From the human T2T-CHM13v2.0 reference genome, Homo sapiens, in NCBI RefSeq assembly GCF_009914755.1, contig NC_060927.1: a stretch of 64,000 nucleotides of DNA. The stretch is one strand, 5' to 3'. This document shows, in pieces, positions 12,007-25,379 of the stretch (position 1 is its first letter; each line of letters starts with the position of its first letter). The notes under the pieces are model-generated. The model was not told the DNA's origin. It was given only the letters and a program-made list of their open reading frames with translations, and did no database searches. Position numbers and translations under genes: made by a program.

Positions 12007-15000
12007 AAAAAGTAGCTGGATACTAACCAATAGCAGTAAAGTTTTCTCACACAAAAACAAATGCACTGGAGGAAAACACTGAAACAATAGTTGACTCAGG
12101 ATTCCATCACCGAGAATTAGATTGGATTTGAAATAACCCTTCTATGTTCAATGTTGAATTGAAAAACCTCAACGTTGGGCCGTCGGAGAGCCTTTTTCCA
12201 GATAGGCGTTTGAGTAAGCCAGTCAGGTTCCTGGACAGTGCCATTTGTATTAAAAAGATCAGTTTTGGTCATTTGTAACTTTCAATCATATATATAATAT
12301 ACAAAATGACAGACATGAAGGAGGTGGGAGGAGTTTGACATTTTTATTGCAATGAGGCCTACTGACACTTAGGAAAACGTTTTGACACATTCAAGTGTGA
12401 GCAACAAATCTGTCCACTGATTCATAAACCACATGTTTACTTAAAGAAGCCTGGTCCAATAAATGAGGATCAAAATTTCAAGTGCTTAAGTCCATAAAAT
12501 TCCCTAAAGTGAAATAGTGTCAGCAGAACACATTTTGACCTTCTTAAGATGAGTAAAGATTTTCAAATAAATGCACAGCCTGCTTATATTATTCTCATTT
12601 CTATACAATTTGTTTTATTTTTTTGTATCTGTACCCTATTTTTTTTTAATTCTGAGAAGCCACAAATCAACTTTTCAATGTTTAAACTTGTATGAATATG
12701 TGAGTGCAGTACTCAGGTAACTAAGCCCTGACTACTTTTTGCAATTTTGACTTATATTTACCCAGAGCATGTCAGTATGCTTGTTTGGAAGCCCTATTCA
12801 TTACAAAGGTTTATTTTTTTTTCTTGTTGTGCCACTCCTCACACACTCAAAGCTATATAAAATAATGATTCTACACATTTGCAAAGACCTAAAGGAAATG
12901 TTGGTGATCCTAAAACACATCACAGTCAGATGAAAGAAAACTGGTTCTGTATTTATTAAAAAGAGACGAGTTTCGTATTTCTTCAGGCTTCTAATGTGAG
13001 CTGTTAAGAATGGAAATCAAAGTCACTGTAACTATTAACACTTAAAAGTGAAGCAATGGATCATTACAGTTTCTTAAAATGGAAAACCTTCTCAAAACTG
13101 GATATTTCGAACCAACCTACCAGGCTCTTATGCTGGCCACCAGCATAGGCAACCTTTGTATGTTGGAGAAGGAGGGGGAGGAGGAATTCCTGTTAGCAGA
13201 GGGAAGTGAGCAGGAATGGTATAGGAGAAAAAGAAAAGAAAGAAATCTAACTCAACAACCTTGAAAAGTTAATTCGGAAACTTTCGTTAGTGACTTTGGA
13301 CTTCATTAAACTCCATGTATCACTATAGCAGCATGATCTCAACAGTTTGAAAGGTATTTGTCATCAGCAAAAGAAAAACATTATTTTTAAAGGAGTAAAG
13401 AGATTGATGCATCACTATGGACTACTTAAGCCCCACGCAGTTTCAGTCTTTAGTATTAATCTAAACGTGATGGCTTTTACATACGGTGCATAATTAAACA
13501 TTTTCTTTTCAGGGCTTTATAGAATCCCCATATGTTTTTAATGGCATCATCTGAATGTTTTTCTTAATAATTCTGGCAGCCTGCTCCCAAATCTTCATGT
13601 TTGTTTTTTGTTCCTAATATCTTTTCTACAGAGGCTGCATTGTGCCAGAGATTGAATAAAGCTCTGAGGGCCTATGGTTAGAGAAGACACACACACAGAC
13701 ACACACACTCACATTCTGCTTGCTCCTCTCTCTTTATTTGCAATCTGTATTGCTATTGGCACTGGAAAAAGATATGTGAGAGAGAGAAAGCAAGGAAAAA
13801 ACACAGGAGCCTGGGTCACAGCTTCACTCCACCACTGTGATACGGGCTCTCTCTCTTCTTTGGTAGGACTTTGCTAACTGTGTCATCTGTCTGTCTATAG
13901 AAGTTTGATGTGCATACTTAGGCGTGTGCATGCCAGTGGGATGGGTTGACTTTGGCGGCTGCAACAAATGGTTTCCCTGACACTCTGGGGGTGAACGTGC
14001 CATGATTTGCTGACTCCATACCTACTGCCTCATGGGAACAGACTTCCTCCTTTCGAGCAGTGGTCTATTTTCTGAGCCAAACCCCTTCAGACATGACCCA
14101 TAAAACGGAAATAATGAAATGTTCACCATTTGGCTTAGGCAAATTTTGAGTTGTAAATCAGAATCACTTCCATTTCAGATGATATAAATGTAACCCAATG
14201 ATCAAACATATATACAAGAGAGGACATCGGGATACAATAATAAGCTGAGACTCTAATATCCATGTCTACCCAGGATTAAGTGCCCATAGTCTCAAACATA
14301 GAACATAAGAGCCTCTACTTGAAGAATGAGTAAATCAAAGAGAAGAATGTGCCCCATTGTTGTTCAAGTGTAGCTTGCATTTGCTTTATCCCAACATAAA
14401 TTTAAATTCTGGAAATTGACAAAGATAATAAATAACTCACATTTGAATCATAAGTCTCCTTTAAATTGAGTGTTTGAACTCAGATCCAAGTTTCAAAACA
14501 TAATATTTTTTTAAAAAGGAGTATTCTCACATTCTTTCCATATTTGTCATCTTGAAATCTGATGATGTGAATGAATAAAATGGAAATAGTAACTGAAACA
14601 GCTTCCTTATGCTACTTTCTTCATTGAACTTCATTTATTTACAGATGGCCAAGTGGCTGTAAAGGCATTTGAAACTCTCCTATTATTAAAAAGTTAGATT
14701 TATCAAAACTTTCAAAGAACTGGTTTGCGTTTCAGAATTCCACAGATGATGTGCCTTAAATAGAAACAACCACCCTGGAAAATCTTAAAACATTTGCAGG
14801 CAAACAAGAGCAGAAACAAGTTATCCAGGAAGGGGAATTCTATGGCTTTCTCTGGTACCTCTAACATTCGTTGTTGGAACTTGACTAAAACAACAAATAA
14901 TCTTTAAGAGCATCTCTTAAATAAACAAAAACACTTTTTAAAAATCCAAACCTCACTTTTTTCCCATTTGAATTGCTGTAGGAGAATTTATAATGTGGCA

Positions 15001-15799
15001 AACACAGTTTTTTAAAAAAGGGAGGTTCTAGAAATAAAGTGATTGAATAAAAATTAAAAATAAGGCCTTTAAAAAAAATCAATTGACATTCCCTGAATCC
15101 AGACACCACTTCAGCTGCTGGGTCTCCTAGCCCCAGTCAAAGGAAGGAGCTGCCAGAGAATCAAAGCCACAGGGTCTAATAAGCTCACAATCCACCAGGG
15201 ACTATCACATCAGAACTCCTACCAGCTGTGCAACCTTGGTTAAAACCCAGAAATACATTTCTTGAAAGGTTTTGAGTCATGAAAACCAGCAGGACAATAA
15301 TAGTTTTGATCTTCTATCAACAATTTGATTGAGGGACCTTCCCCTATTCTTCCAGAGCAAACTGCATCCATGAAAATAGCTTGATGGTATCTCCACATTT
15401 GAAACAACTCTCCCGTTTAGCTTGCTAACAATTGCCAAGGCTTCCCATATCCATATCCTGTAGCATTTACCACCACAAGCCCAATACAAAGAAGCTGAAG
15501 TAACAGCCAGTTTGACATCCCCACTCCCCAGCATTTCAAAATTGGTTAGTAAGGATGAGATCCACCTGTAGATCTAAGAACAATTCCAAATCACAGCAAC
15601 GAAGAATTTGAAAAGTCCTAAGCCAGGTGCTAGCTGGGCCTGATTTTCATGACTTTTCTTTGTTCGTTTGTTTTAGTAACTGAGTGCTAACCTCACCCCT
15701 TAGAATAAAGACCCAGCATGCCCAAAGCAAGTAAATAGATTCCCTGCTTTGTACTGGTCCAGCACCCAAGTTCCTCTGGGACTGGGCCTGCCTTCTCTT

Positions 15800-16480
15800 C
15801 ATCTTCTTCCATGCAACCATTTGGAGGATATTGCCCCATGTCAGACACTGTGTTGGGCACTGGAGAGAAGAATTAGAATAAATAGGACACAGTCTCTGCT
15901 CTCAAATAACTCAAAGTAGAAAAAAGGACATACATATTTTAAGTACAGTACAATATGATAGGGGTTATAGCAGAGGCAGAAACAAATTGGTATGAAGAAC
16001 AAACATGGGGATTGCTAACTCTGCTGGGGAAGAACCTAGAAAATTTCACAAAACAGGTGACATCCAAGGTAGCACTTAAGGCTATTCAAGTGGTAGAAAA
16101 AGCAGGGAGTACAGAAAGAAAGGCAAGGAGGGCTTTCTAAGAAGGGAGCACAGCACATAAGGCTGAGCAGAGGTTCCCAGTTGATGTTTACATGAATCAC
16201 TTGGGGGTACTTCTTAAATTGCAAATTCCTGGGTGTTACTCACAGATTCTCTTTCTTTTGGTCTAACTCAAGGACCTGGAGTGTGCATCTTTAACAAGGA
16301 GGTAGATCTCAGGTTACACTTTAAAAAGCAACTGGCCAGGGTCATGAAAGCGCATTATGTGTTTGAGGGATGCAAAGCAATTTAGTATAAGTGGAGCATA
16401 GATTTGAGGGGTGAGAGGTGAACTGACAGAGCTGGTCAACCAGGTCCAAGAGGAATTATGGAGTCTCCCAGCCACCTATG
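15800..16480 (-). mobile_element. L2 fragment with nested MER5A, approximate bounds
   Basis: atgtcagacactgtgttgggcactggagag...acagtctctgctctcaa is a reverse L2 3' end. Confidence 0.6.
16168..16334. mobile_element. MER5A-like MITE
   Basis: cagaggttccc...gaatcacttggggg...ttaaattgcaaattcctggg...gtgtgcatctttaacaag. Confidence 0.7.
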
Positions 16481-16619
16481 AAGCCCTAAAAATGAGATTC
16501 CAGGAAGCTTCAGAGCCACCCTCAGAGCTGCACCAGGGCTTGGATCTAGTCTCTATAGCTGCAACCACTTGGGTGTCTGCCGCACTGGGGTGTCAGCAGG
16601 GTAGAGAGAGAGAGGAGGA

Positions 16620-16850
16620 GCGTAGACAGCCTAATGTTTCAATCCCAGTTCTGCTACTTACTGACTATAGACTTGGCAATTGATTAACCATCTTGGGCCT
16701 CAGTTCTTCCTCTGTGATGAGAATAATAACTCCAAAATGCCAAGGTCAGTCTAAAGGTTAAATGGTATAATGTCCATGTAATACCTATCTCAGTACTTTA
16801 CTCATAGTAATAGTTTTAATAGTAAAAATATTACCTACCATTTATTGAAA
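16620..16850 (+). mobile_element. MIR
   Basis: tttcaatcccagttctgctacttact...ttgggcctcagttcttcctctgtga. Confidence 0.7.
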
Positions 16851-17369
16851 ATTCAGATAAGCAGCAAAAAAAAAAAATGATTTCAAATAGAGGGAGTCAT
16901 GTTTTGCCTGCACGACAAAGATGTAGAATTTCGCCATGACTGAGCCTCTCCTGCAGGTTACCACACCTAAATGTCACCTAGCTGTCAGCACTTCAGATAG
17001 ACAGACCCTTTGCCTATTTTCTAGTGTGGGTCCCATCCCTGATCATTAGCCTTTGTCTAGAGTTTAGAGCTCCCTGGTCTGACATACCTTCCCACCATCA
17101 TCACCTGCAAACCTGACAGCTCTTCACCAGTTCTATATTTCCTGATCATACACAATACCAAACTATCTCAGTGCCATTATGACTTATAAGGGTTGGCACT
17201 GTTCCTGAATACAATTAATTTATCTGCCAAAGACACACTTAACTGTTTCATGAGGCTCCTGATCTCTCTAGCATAAACAAACCAATGCAGAGGAAGAGAA
17301 GCCCTGATACTGAGGATGGTGAATAACTTTATCCTGAATCCTTGTCTCCTCATTATATTAACAGTAACA

Positions 17370-17600
17370 AAACTCTAAATTTAAAGGATACTCTGGAGTT
17401 TCAAGATATCTTTTTCCACTGTCTCTCATATGACCCTCTCCATAACCTCATCAGAGAGGCAAGACATTTTTCCCCATTTTACACATGGAAAAATATTGAA
17501 CCTCAGCGAAATTAAATGACTTAGTCACATGGCCATCAAACTACAAAGACCTGAACCCAGGCCTCCTAACTCCTGGTACAAGTGCGCTCCAATATTCTAC
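17370..17600 (-). mobile_element. MIR
   Basis: ccccattttacacatggaaaaa...aaatgactt...ctgaacccaggcctcctaactcc. Confidence 0.7.
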
Positions 17601-18097
17601 ATCTGCCACCTCTCATTTTCTGCTAAAATTGACCTTCAGCAGGAGAGTTAATGACTACTCATGGGTCCAAACCCTTCCACACAAATGGTTACAAGTCTTA
17701 AATCACATGAAAATAAAGCCTGTATAGCAGTAAAGCCTAAAAATAGCTTTATTAATCTACTTCTGAAGAAGGGATTAATTCTAAAAACATTACAGAACCA
17801 ACTGGATTCCCTTTTGTACCAATTGGGAGCAGATTTGGAGCCACAGCTGGTCATCATGGTATAGGAGAAATAACAAGTTTTAGATCAAAAGGATCTGGGT
17901 TCACAATCCTGACTTAGCCACTCCGCTGGATGCATCATCTTGGGCAAGTTCCTAAAGTTTTGAGTCCAATTTTTTAATCCTTAAAGTGGTTTGATCACTT
18001 CTAAGCTCAAGTGTGATTATACAACAATAAACATCACAAGCCTAGCTTGGAAATCACATAGAGGCCCTTAGCAATTGTTATCCCACTTTCCCTAGAC

Positions 18098-18283
18098 CAG
18101 TGTTACCAAACTTTAACATGCATGAGAGCTCGTTAAAACAGTTTGGTGAGCTGCCCCATGCTCAGAGTTTCTGATTCAGTGTGTCTGGGGTGGAACCTGA
18201 GAATCTGCACTTCTAACAAGTTCACTTGGGTAAGGCTGATGCTGATGCTGCTGGCCCAGGGATCACGCTTTGAGAACCACCAC
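18098..18283. mobile_element. MER5A
   Basis: cagtgttaccaaactt...ctcagagtttctgattcagtgtgtctggggtggaacctgagaatctgcacttctaacaag...ctttgagaaccac. Confidence 0.88.
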
Positions 18284-20344
18284 TCTCAAGCCAGACAAAG
18301 GTGTCATGCAGACATTGAAATAGAAATCACTGGCTAGAAATCTCTAACCTAGAATGGTGATGCTAAGCTACTGGGTGTCAATTGCTAACAAGCAATACCA
18401 GCTAGGAAAATAGAAGAGCAAAGACCCATAATCCTGACTCCTTCATGGACTTATCAGGGTCAGAGGATTCCATGCTAGATGAGCACTTTGTCTAAGACCC
18501 CTTATAATTAAGACGTTCAGAATTTCCGACTGAAGGACCTCCCAACTCCACTTCTGGGAACATGCTGCCTTATAAATAGCCTCTGAAAATCCCTGGGAGC
18601 ACCTAGACCACTGCTTCTGTGAAATCCAGCATGAATCTAATTGAAGCTGCTTAATCGAACACCAAGTTGCCCTCAGTGTGATTTTTACATCGCTGGCTCC
18701 TCAGTTGCTTCCCCACCCGGCCCTACCCCACATGCACACACAAATATACTGAATCTGAGAGTCCTTCAGGAGTGCAATTAGGACAGTCATTTAAGAGATG
18801 CACCAGCAATACCTCATTTTTACACATAGACATTTTTCTGAAAGAGAATCATGGATTTTGCTTCTTAAAGGGAATAACAACAACAAAACCCCAGAAAATA
18901 CGTTAACCCTATTTTATGAAGGTGGTATAGACAGTATATCCTCTTTTGTTTCTAGATATGAAGAATACATAAAAATGTGATGAACAGGCACTGGCATATA
19001 TATCACCCTATTCTTGTGAAGAAATTTGTAATATATCTCTATTTTGCTGCAGCCGATGCCACTGAGTCATCAATTTCCACTGTATTATCCAATGTTCTGC
19101 TTGGTTGGAATATTAAGCAGCCATCAGATTTTGAACTTCACGTTTCCTCACATTTGGCCCTTCACTGATCAAGCTTTGTTTCTCTGTGATTATAGATATA
19201 TATCAGACCCCGGAATCAACTTTCTTTGTTTTATCAAGACCTGGTGTGTAGTAATTCTGATTTATCATTTTTACAACAGTCTCTTCCCTGCGGGCTCCAG
19301 GTCGTGATGGTGGCATTGCTACGATTTATGGTGGGGACTGTTGACGGAAAATGTATGGTCTTTTTGATTTTCCTTCTTTCCAACACCTGGTTCTTATTTT
19401 CCCAACTCTAGCTTCTGCCATTTTAAGCATTATTTACCATTCGCTGAAATGCATGGGTCTATTTGGAGGGGGACGTGTAAGGTAAAGGATGAATTTTCAC
19501 AGTTGGCTATGATTTTTTCCTCTTATCAATGACCCAGTGCTGATTTTTTTTTTTTTTTATTTCCTTATGTCGTTGGGGGCCTGGAGTTCATATTCATTTC
19601 TCACTTGCTTCTTCTTATCTGACACGACTTATTAGTTCTCTGAGAAGGAAAAAGAAAATGCAGGCTGGGTTAAGTTCCTCACAGAGGTTTTTGAATTCTG
19701 CCTGTGATTCACGCTGTAGGTGGTCACCTCCCTTTCCAACCTGGATAGGTTATTTATTACTTACTGAAGGCTCCTCTCTCTCCAAGTCCCAGAGCAAGGC
19801 TAATTTTCTTTAGAGTCTAAGAAGTTATTTCAGAATAACTTGGCAAAAGGAAGAGTTTTTAAAGCCTGATAGTAATCCATTTTATTTACCAATATTGAAG
19901 AAAATTGTAAAAGATGGGGATGAAATAAGTAAAGTTGCTCACACCTGAGAAATGTTTGATTTTTGAAGACTAACGTTTAGGTTTCCCTGCCAATGCAAAT
20001 CAAAAACCAATCAAAGCTGTTTTTCTACCAGAGATACCTAGAGTGCTTCCACTGTTTTTTTGCCTCCTCTCCTGCACCCAGCAGATGCACTATGAATTTC
20101 TTATAAAAATTGATTTGTATTTCCTCTTTTAACCAAGGTTTCTTTTGTTAATCTGTATACTTTTCCAAGAGGCCACGTAGTTTGTGGTAGAATTCAAATA
20201 GGAAAAATACTTAACATCCCCTCCATCTGTCCTTCTACTCATTCCTAAAAATAGAAGTCAACTTTTCAGACTAAGATTTTTAAATAAAAAATTTGGGAAA
20301 TTGGTCAATTACATATGCTCTGGTAGAGATAGCTAATAACCCCC

Positions 20345-20480
20345 TGGATAAAGCACCCAGACATACTGATTTTCCCAGGACAGTTCCTGTTTACGCTTAG
20401 TATCCCAGTGTAATCAGTGGTAGTGGCATCTTTCACTGTCATAAGTGTGTCATTTTGGATAAAAATTATGTGGTCATACT
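20345..20480. mobile_element. MER94-like (hAT-Blackjack) MITE
   Basis: ttttcccaggacagttcctgtttacgc...ctttcactgtcataagtgtgtcattttggat...aattatgtggtcatact. Confidence 0.7.
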
Positions 20481-20614
20481 GTCCTGTATCCACTCCCCCC
20501 ATTCTTCCTTTTATTAAAAAAAAACCCTACTGACTTTTATTTGACAGGACACTTGGCTACCCATGTAGAAACTGCATTTCCAGTTTTTCCTGCAGTCTGG
20601 TATGGCCAATTATT

Positions 20615-20850
20615 TACATAATGAGCAAACTCGTAGTGCTTACTATTTGCCAACCACTGTCTTAGGTCCTCTACCAACTAACACATGCAATCCTCATCCC
20701 ATGAGCAAGGTGCTATTCTCCCCATCCCTATTTTACAGAGGAGGAAACTGAGGAACAAAAAGGCTAGACCACTTGTACAAGTGGGATGTGCTGGGATGAG
20801 CTGGGATGTGAACCCCAATGGTCTGACTCCAGAATCTGTGCTCTGAACCT
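20615..20850 (-). mobile_element. MIR, apparently nested in an old MLT1 LTR (about 20540-21120)
   Basis: ccctattttacagaggaggaaactgagg...gggatgtgaacccc...tctgactccagaatctgtgctct. Confidence 0.75.
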
Positions 20851-21429
20851 GCTACCTCGGAGTGTGACCAAGTTTCAGCTGTGAGAGGAAGTTGCATGGG
20901 CAACCTCTCCATTTAGTCCCGAAAGGGAAATGTCGTTGTCCCCAGTTCTTTCCTTTCTCTTTCACTCAAGGAGGAACAGGGACTTGGTGCTGGTGAACGC
21001 AGAAACAACTCTCCAGGAGCTGGAGAAGCCACAGACAGAGGGATCTGAAACCTGGGCCAACTTTCCCTGAACTGCCTACCTCCCTCTATCTAAGCCGCTG
21101 CCAGCCTGTACCTTAACTAATATGCATCCACATCCCCACCTCACCAAGTCCCACTTGATGCGAAAGCCTAGGCACCCATTGGAGTCAGGCAATGGGAAGA
21201 TATATGTGAATATTCTATTCCAGTATCAAAATCAATCCTCTTGACCAGAAACAGACATTCCATCCCATTGGCCCCAAGAGTCCTATTCATTCTAATAGTT
21301 GCTCCCATACCATTTTTGAGGGATATTTCACCCTAGTTCTATATTTAATTCTAGATACATAGAAAAAAAATCCATGAAAGGCAAACATGAAAGAAAATAT
21401 AGGTAGAGACATGCAGCCTCAGCCCTTAC

Positions 21430-21775
21430 TTTCAAATGTCTAGGTGCCACCTGGGCCTCTTCCCCATCCTAAAGTCGTTCCAGAGCAAAGCACTCAACAC
21501 AAAGGCCTTCCTTTACCACTGTATGAAACAGAACTCTCTACCCTAGCCTTGTGGCATCCCCTTTTCTCTCTCCCCTCCTTCATTTTTCTCAGCAGCACTA
21601 ACCACCACCTGATATATGTTAACTTCTTCCTTTATTTATAGCCTATCCCATCTGGATTATAATCTCACTGGAGAAGGAACTGTGTCTGCTTTGGTCACTG
21701 CTTTATCCCCAGCTCCTAACTGAGCCTGATATGTCGTAGGCACTCAATAAATATTGATTGAGCAAATGAATGGAG
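21430..21775 (+). mobile_element. L2 3' end
   Basis: ggaactgtgtctgctttggtcactgctttatccccagctcctaac...gtaggcactcaataaatattgattgag. Confidence 0.8.
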
Positions 21776-22769
21776 AATAAGCAGACTGTCAACAGCTGTA
21801 ACTATGTGACTTTTGGGTTACTTAACCTCTCTGGGTCCCATGATAACAGTGTCTAATAGGGTTGTTGTGAGAATTAAAAGAGATCATATATGTCAAATAT
21901 AGAAACTACCTTCCAGTACATGGAAGGCCCAATATCATGTTAAGAATAACAACTAATACAGTGCTCACTCTGTTCAGACTGTGCTATGCACTACTGTTTC
22001 ATTTAATAACAGCCCATGTGTTTAGAATCACCCACCTTCTGGTACCATAACAGGAGTCCTGGTTCAGCCACCACTGAACCTTGTTCTGTGCCTTGCCTTG
22101 TTCTGTCCTCTTTCTGGGATTTCCTGAGACAAACCAGACAGCAATTTCCAGAGGTAGGACAAACCCCAACCTTCTTTAGTGAAACCCAGGTCAGGAGTTG
22201 CTAGAACTGGTCTTGCCTTTGATAAACACAGCAAAATAGTATTATTTTAGGATTAGGACCATATCTGGTGTAAAAGTTAGTGGATTTGGAGCTCTGTTTG
22301 TTAAATGTCTCTCCTTTTTTTTTTTTTTTTTTTTGGTATTCCTTTAAGATCAGCATTGGCATCTTCCCACTAATAACCTGGGGTATAGTCAACTTATTCT
22401 TTCTTTCTGGACGTTAATTCAGCAGACCCTGAATAGTACAAGCAGACCCTGAGACTGAATCCTATAATCTGGAACAAAGCTACTATGTCTGACACCTAGC
22501 TAGGTCATAAGACCTCTTTCCAAAAAAAAAAGAAAAAGAAAAAAATTAGTGGAGCTAGAGTTCTGAGGATAGCAGATGTTTAAAAAACAAAGTAGCAGGA
22601 CAACTTCCAAAGGGGAAAATCCACACTCAAGCTCTGTGATATCTAACTGGCCACTTGCAATGGATAGGGTCTCCTTGCCCAACCTCATGCTTCAAGACCT
22701 CAGCTCCTTTTAATTTTAACACTTACCAAACTAGAAATGATCTAGAGGATAATGACAATAAATAGTAGC

Positions 22770-23030
22770 AGCAGGCACAAATTTGAGTGACTACCTTATA
22801 CAGGAACTATGTGCCTGTAATTGATTTTTCTAACATTATTTTTCAATCTCACAATCCTAAAAGTAAGCTACTATTATTTTTGTTGTTCTTATTCCTATTT
22901 TATAGATGGGGAAACTGCAGCTCTGAGAAGTTGTTGCTAGCACCCAAGGCCCCACAACTACTGAGGGGCAAAATGAAAATTCTAATCCAGATCTTTGTAA
23001 TTCCCATGCCTACACCCTCTCCACTGGATC
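22770..23030 (-). mobile_element. MIR
   Basis: tattcctattttatagatggggaaactgcagctctgagaagtt...cccaaggccccacaacta. Confidence 0.75.
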
Positions 23031-23924
23031 TTCCAACATTTAGCCCCTTATAATTCCTATGGGCAGGACATTTCACACATATATTTCTGGACACTTCAAT
23101 ACTAAAATGTGAAAGAACTGTTCAAACTTTACCCAACAAGAAGAATTATTTCCCCATGGGACAGCCTCTGGAATGACTGTATGATTCCATTACTCATCCC
23201 ACAAATGTACCTGCAGTTATAGTTTCATTCTGTGGAATGCTGGGGAACCCTGCCTGTATCTCTAGCATAGCCATTAGTATTAGAAATGTCTTACTAGTAA
23301 GCTCCTCTTTGTATTTTACCATGTATTGGGTGGCTATTTCAGAATGGGTCAAAAGCAAACAACTTTACCTTATTTCCCTGAACCTCAACGTACACATCCT
23401 CTGATTATACACCGGCCCAGATAAATGAAATCAGAGACATAAAAGTAGATTCATCCTGAAACTCCCTAATCTCATAAGTAGTTTTTGTTGACAAAAGTTT
23501 TTGTTAGTGAGGTTCCCCCTCAAAACCTGCCAATGTTATAATTGACAGGCTAAAGTTAGTGTATTCCAGGTCTGGACAATTTTAACGGTCATCCCCTTAG
23601 CCCTGGTTTAATATACAGTGCTGGAAAACAGGCCAGAAAGTGAGTATCTTAGATATACTGATATAGTACATGCAGCAGAACATTTAAAAAAAAAAAAAAA
23701 CTTACCCAAGGAATTCAAATCCTATCACAAATGCCTTTTTCTTTTACTTTAAAAACAAAGTAAAAAAATAAAACTTGAGTACAAAGGTGGCCAGGCTTGG
23801 CTGACAGGGTTGATAATACTGGGATTTAACAACATGGTTGTTCACAACCTATAAACCTACTTCTATTAGTTTTATAATTATAAAACGATTACCCCCAAAC
23901 TCTATAGAAGTATAACCTGTTGGA

Positions 23925-24100
23925 GGCTCTGGCTTCACATTTGCATTATCTGAGGGGATTTTTTAAAAAAATAATGATACCTGGGGTCCTACCCTTAGAA
24001 ATTCTGACATAATTTGTCTGAGATGGGGTCTAGGCATCAGTGCTGGTTAAAAGCACCCCAGTTGATTCTAATGTGCAGCCAGTGCTGGAAGCCATTATTC
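23925..24100. mobile_element. MER5-family MITE
   Basis: ccttagaaattctgacataatttgtctgagatggggtctaggcatcag...gattctaatgtgcagccag. Confidence 0.75.
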
Positions 24101-25379
24101 TTGGCAACTCTCTATTGAGATTCAGCCACTTCTCTGTCCCCATCACATAGCTGTAACTTGCCTCCAGTCAAATAAAACTTCAGATAAAATCTCTTACTGC
24201 CGAATTTCTTTCTCTTTTATTCTAACTGGTGTGTTCAATTTTTGCCTAATTATTCACCTACTTTCTTCGGATTGGGCCCAAGGTATACTTTTTTTGTGAC
24301 AACCCAAAATTCTCTCCACACTATGACAACACTAATTCATTGGATAATCCCTTAAAATATCACACCCACTTTTATTGTTCATAAATGGCAGGTTAGAGGG
24401 ACATAGATTCACTTCTGACTGATGACTAAGTGAAAGCAAGTGACTACAAATTCCCTATCCTCAGTTTGCAAAACAGAGACTGTAATATTTAATATTTTTG
24501 AAATCTCAAAAAAACTATAGTACAACACAATCTGAATTCAAATCACAGTCTTCTGTCAACTGAATTCGAATCACAATCTGCTGTGTGACATTTAGCAAAT
24601 CATGATCCCTCTCAGAGCCTATGCTTACTCAGCTACAAAGCAATGGATTTCTTCCTCCCAGAGTAGATGTTGAGGCTAGGATTCTCTTGTAATGTTGAAG
24701 AAGTTCTGTATCTAAAGTCAGGAGTAACTAACTACTGGTGAGTGCAGTGACATTAATCAGTTGGTGGTGCTTGAAACTATATTCTCTTGCCACCCACCAA
24801 AAGAGCCCTATTCAAATTTTGTTCAAAGCAAGAGAAGAATAGAGTTCTTACATTTCATAATCAGGGAAAAGTACCTTCACTCCTCCTTTGAAAGTCCTAT
24901 ATATGTACTTATAACACAGAGAAGACTCAAGTCCTGTAAATTAGACATTTATTTCAGAATTTGCATTTTCACTGAAATAAATATTTTATAGATTCCAAAA
25001 AAAAAAAAGAAATAGAGGGCACCTGAAACAACCTCTTCATTTATTCTTCTATATACATATGAAACTAGACTATCCAGGAAAATATAGAATAGCTCGTTGT
25101 TCTTTAAATATATTAGCAGATGGGTTTTAGCAACTTCACTTGATCTAAGGCTTCCATGGTGGATTTGTTGAGTAATCTTCACTCAAATCAACCCAAATTC
25201 TGATTGTGCTAGTTTCCTCTCAGAGGCCTATGATTCATTTGCCTGTGTATCCTCAAAAGATTTTATTAATACTAAAGAGCCCTGATTCCTTTAGGCCTTC
25301 CCCATAGGACCTCAACTTCTAAAATTTCCTTTGAACCTCCACCAAGCTCCACAAATTTCCTACCTCTGCCTTATGTTTT

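Noticed and set aside
11626-12087. 153-aa ORF and similar ORFs at 4036, 34930, 36766, 47877 and 48723
   Set aside because: Standard Alu-derived reading frames.
13610-13662. Plus-strand acceptor followed 24 nt later by AATAAA (terminal exon?)
   Set aside because: Both motifs are common by chance and there is no supporting evidence.
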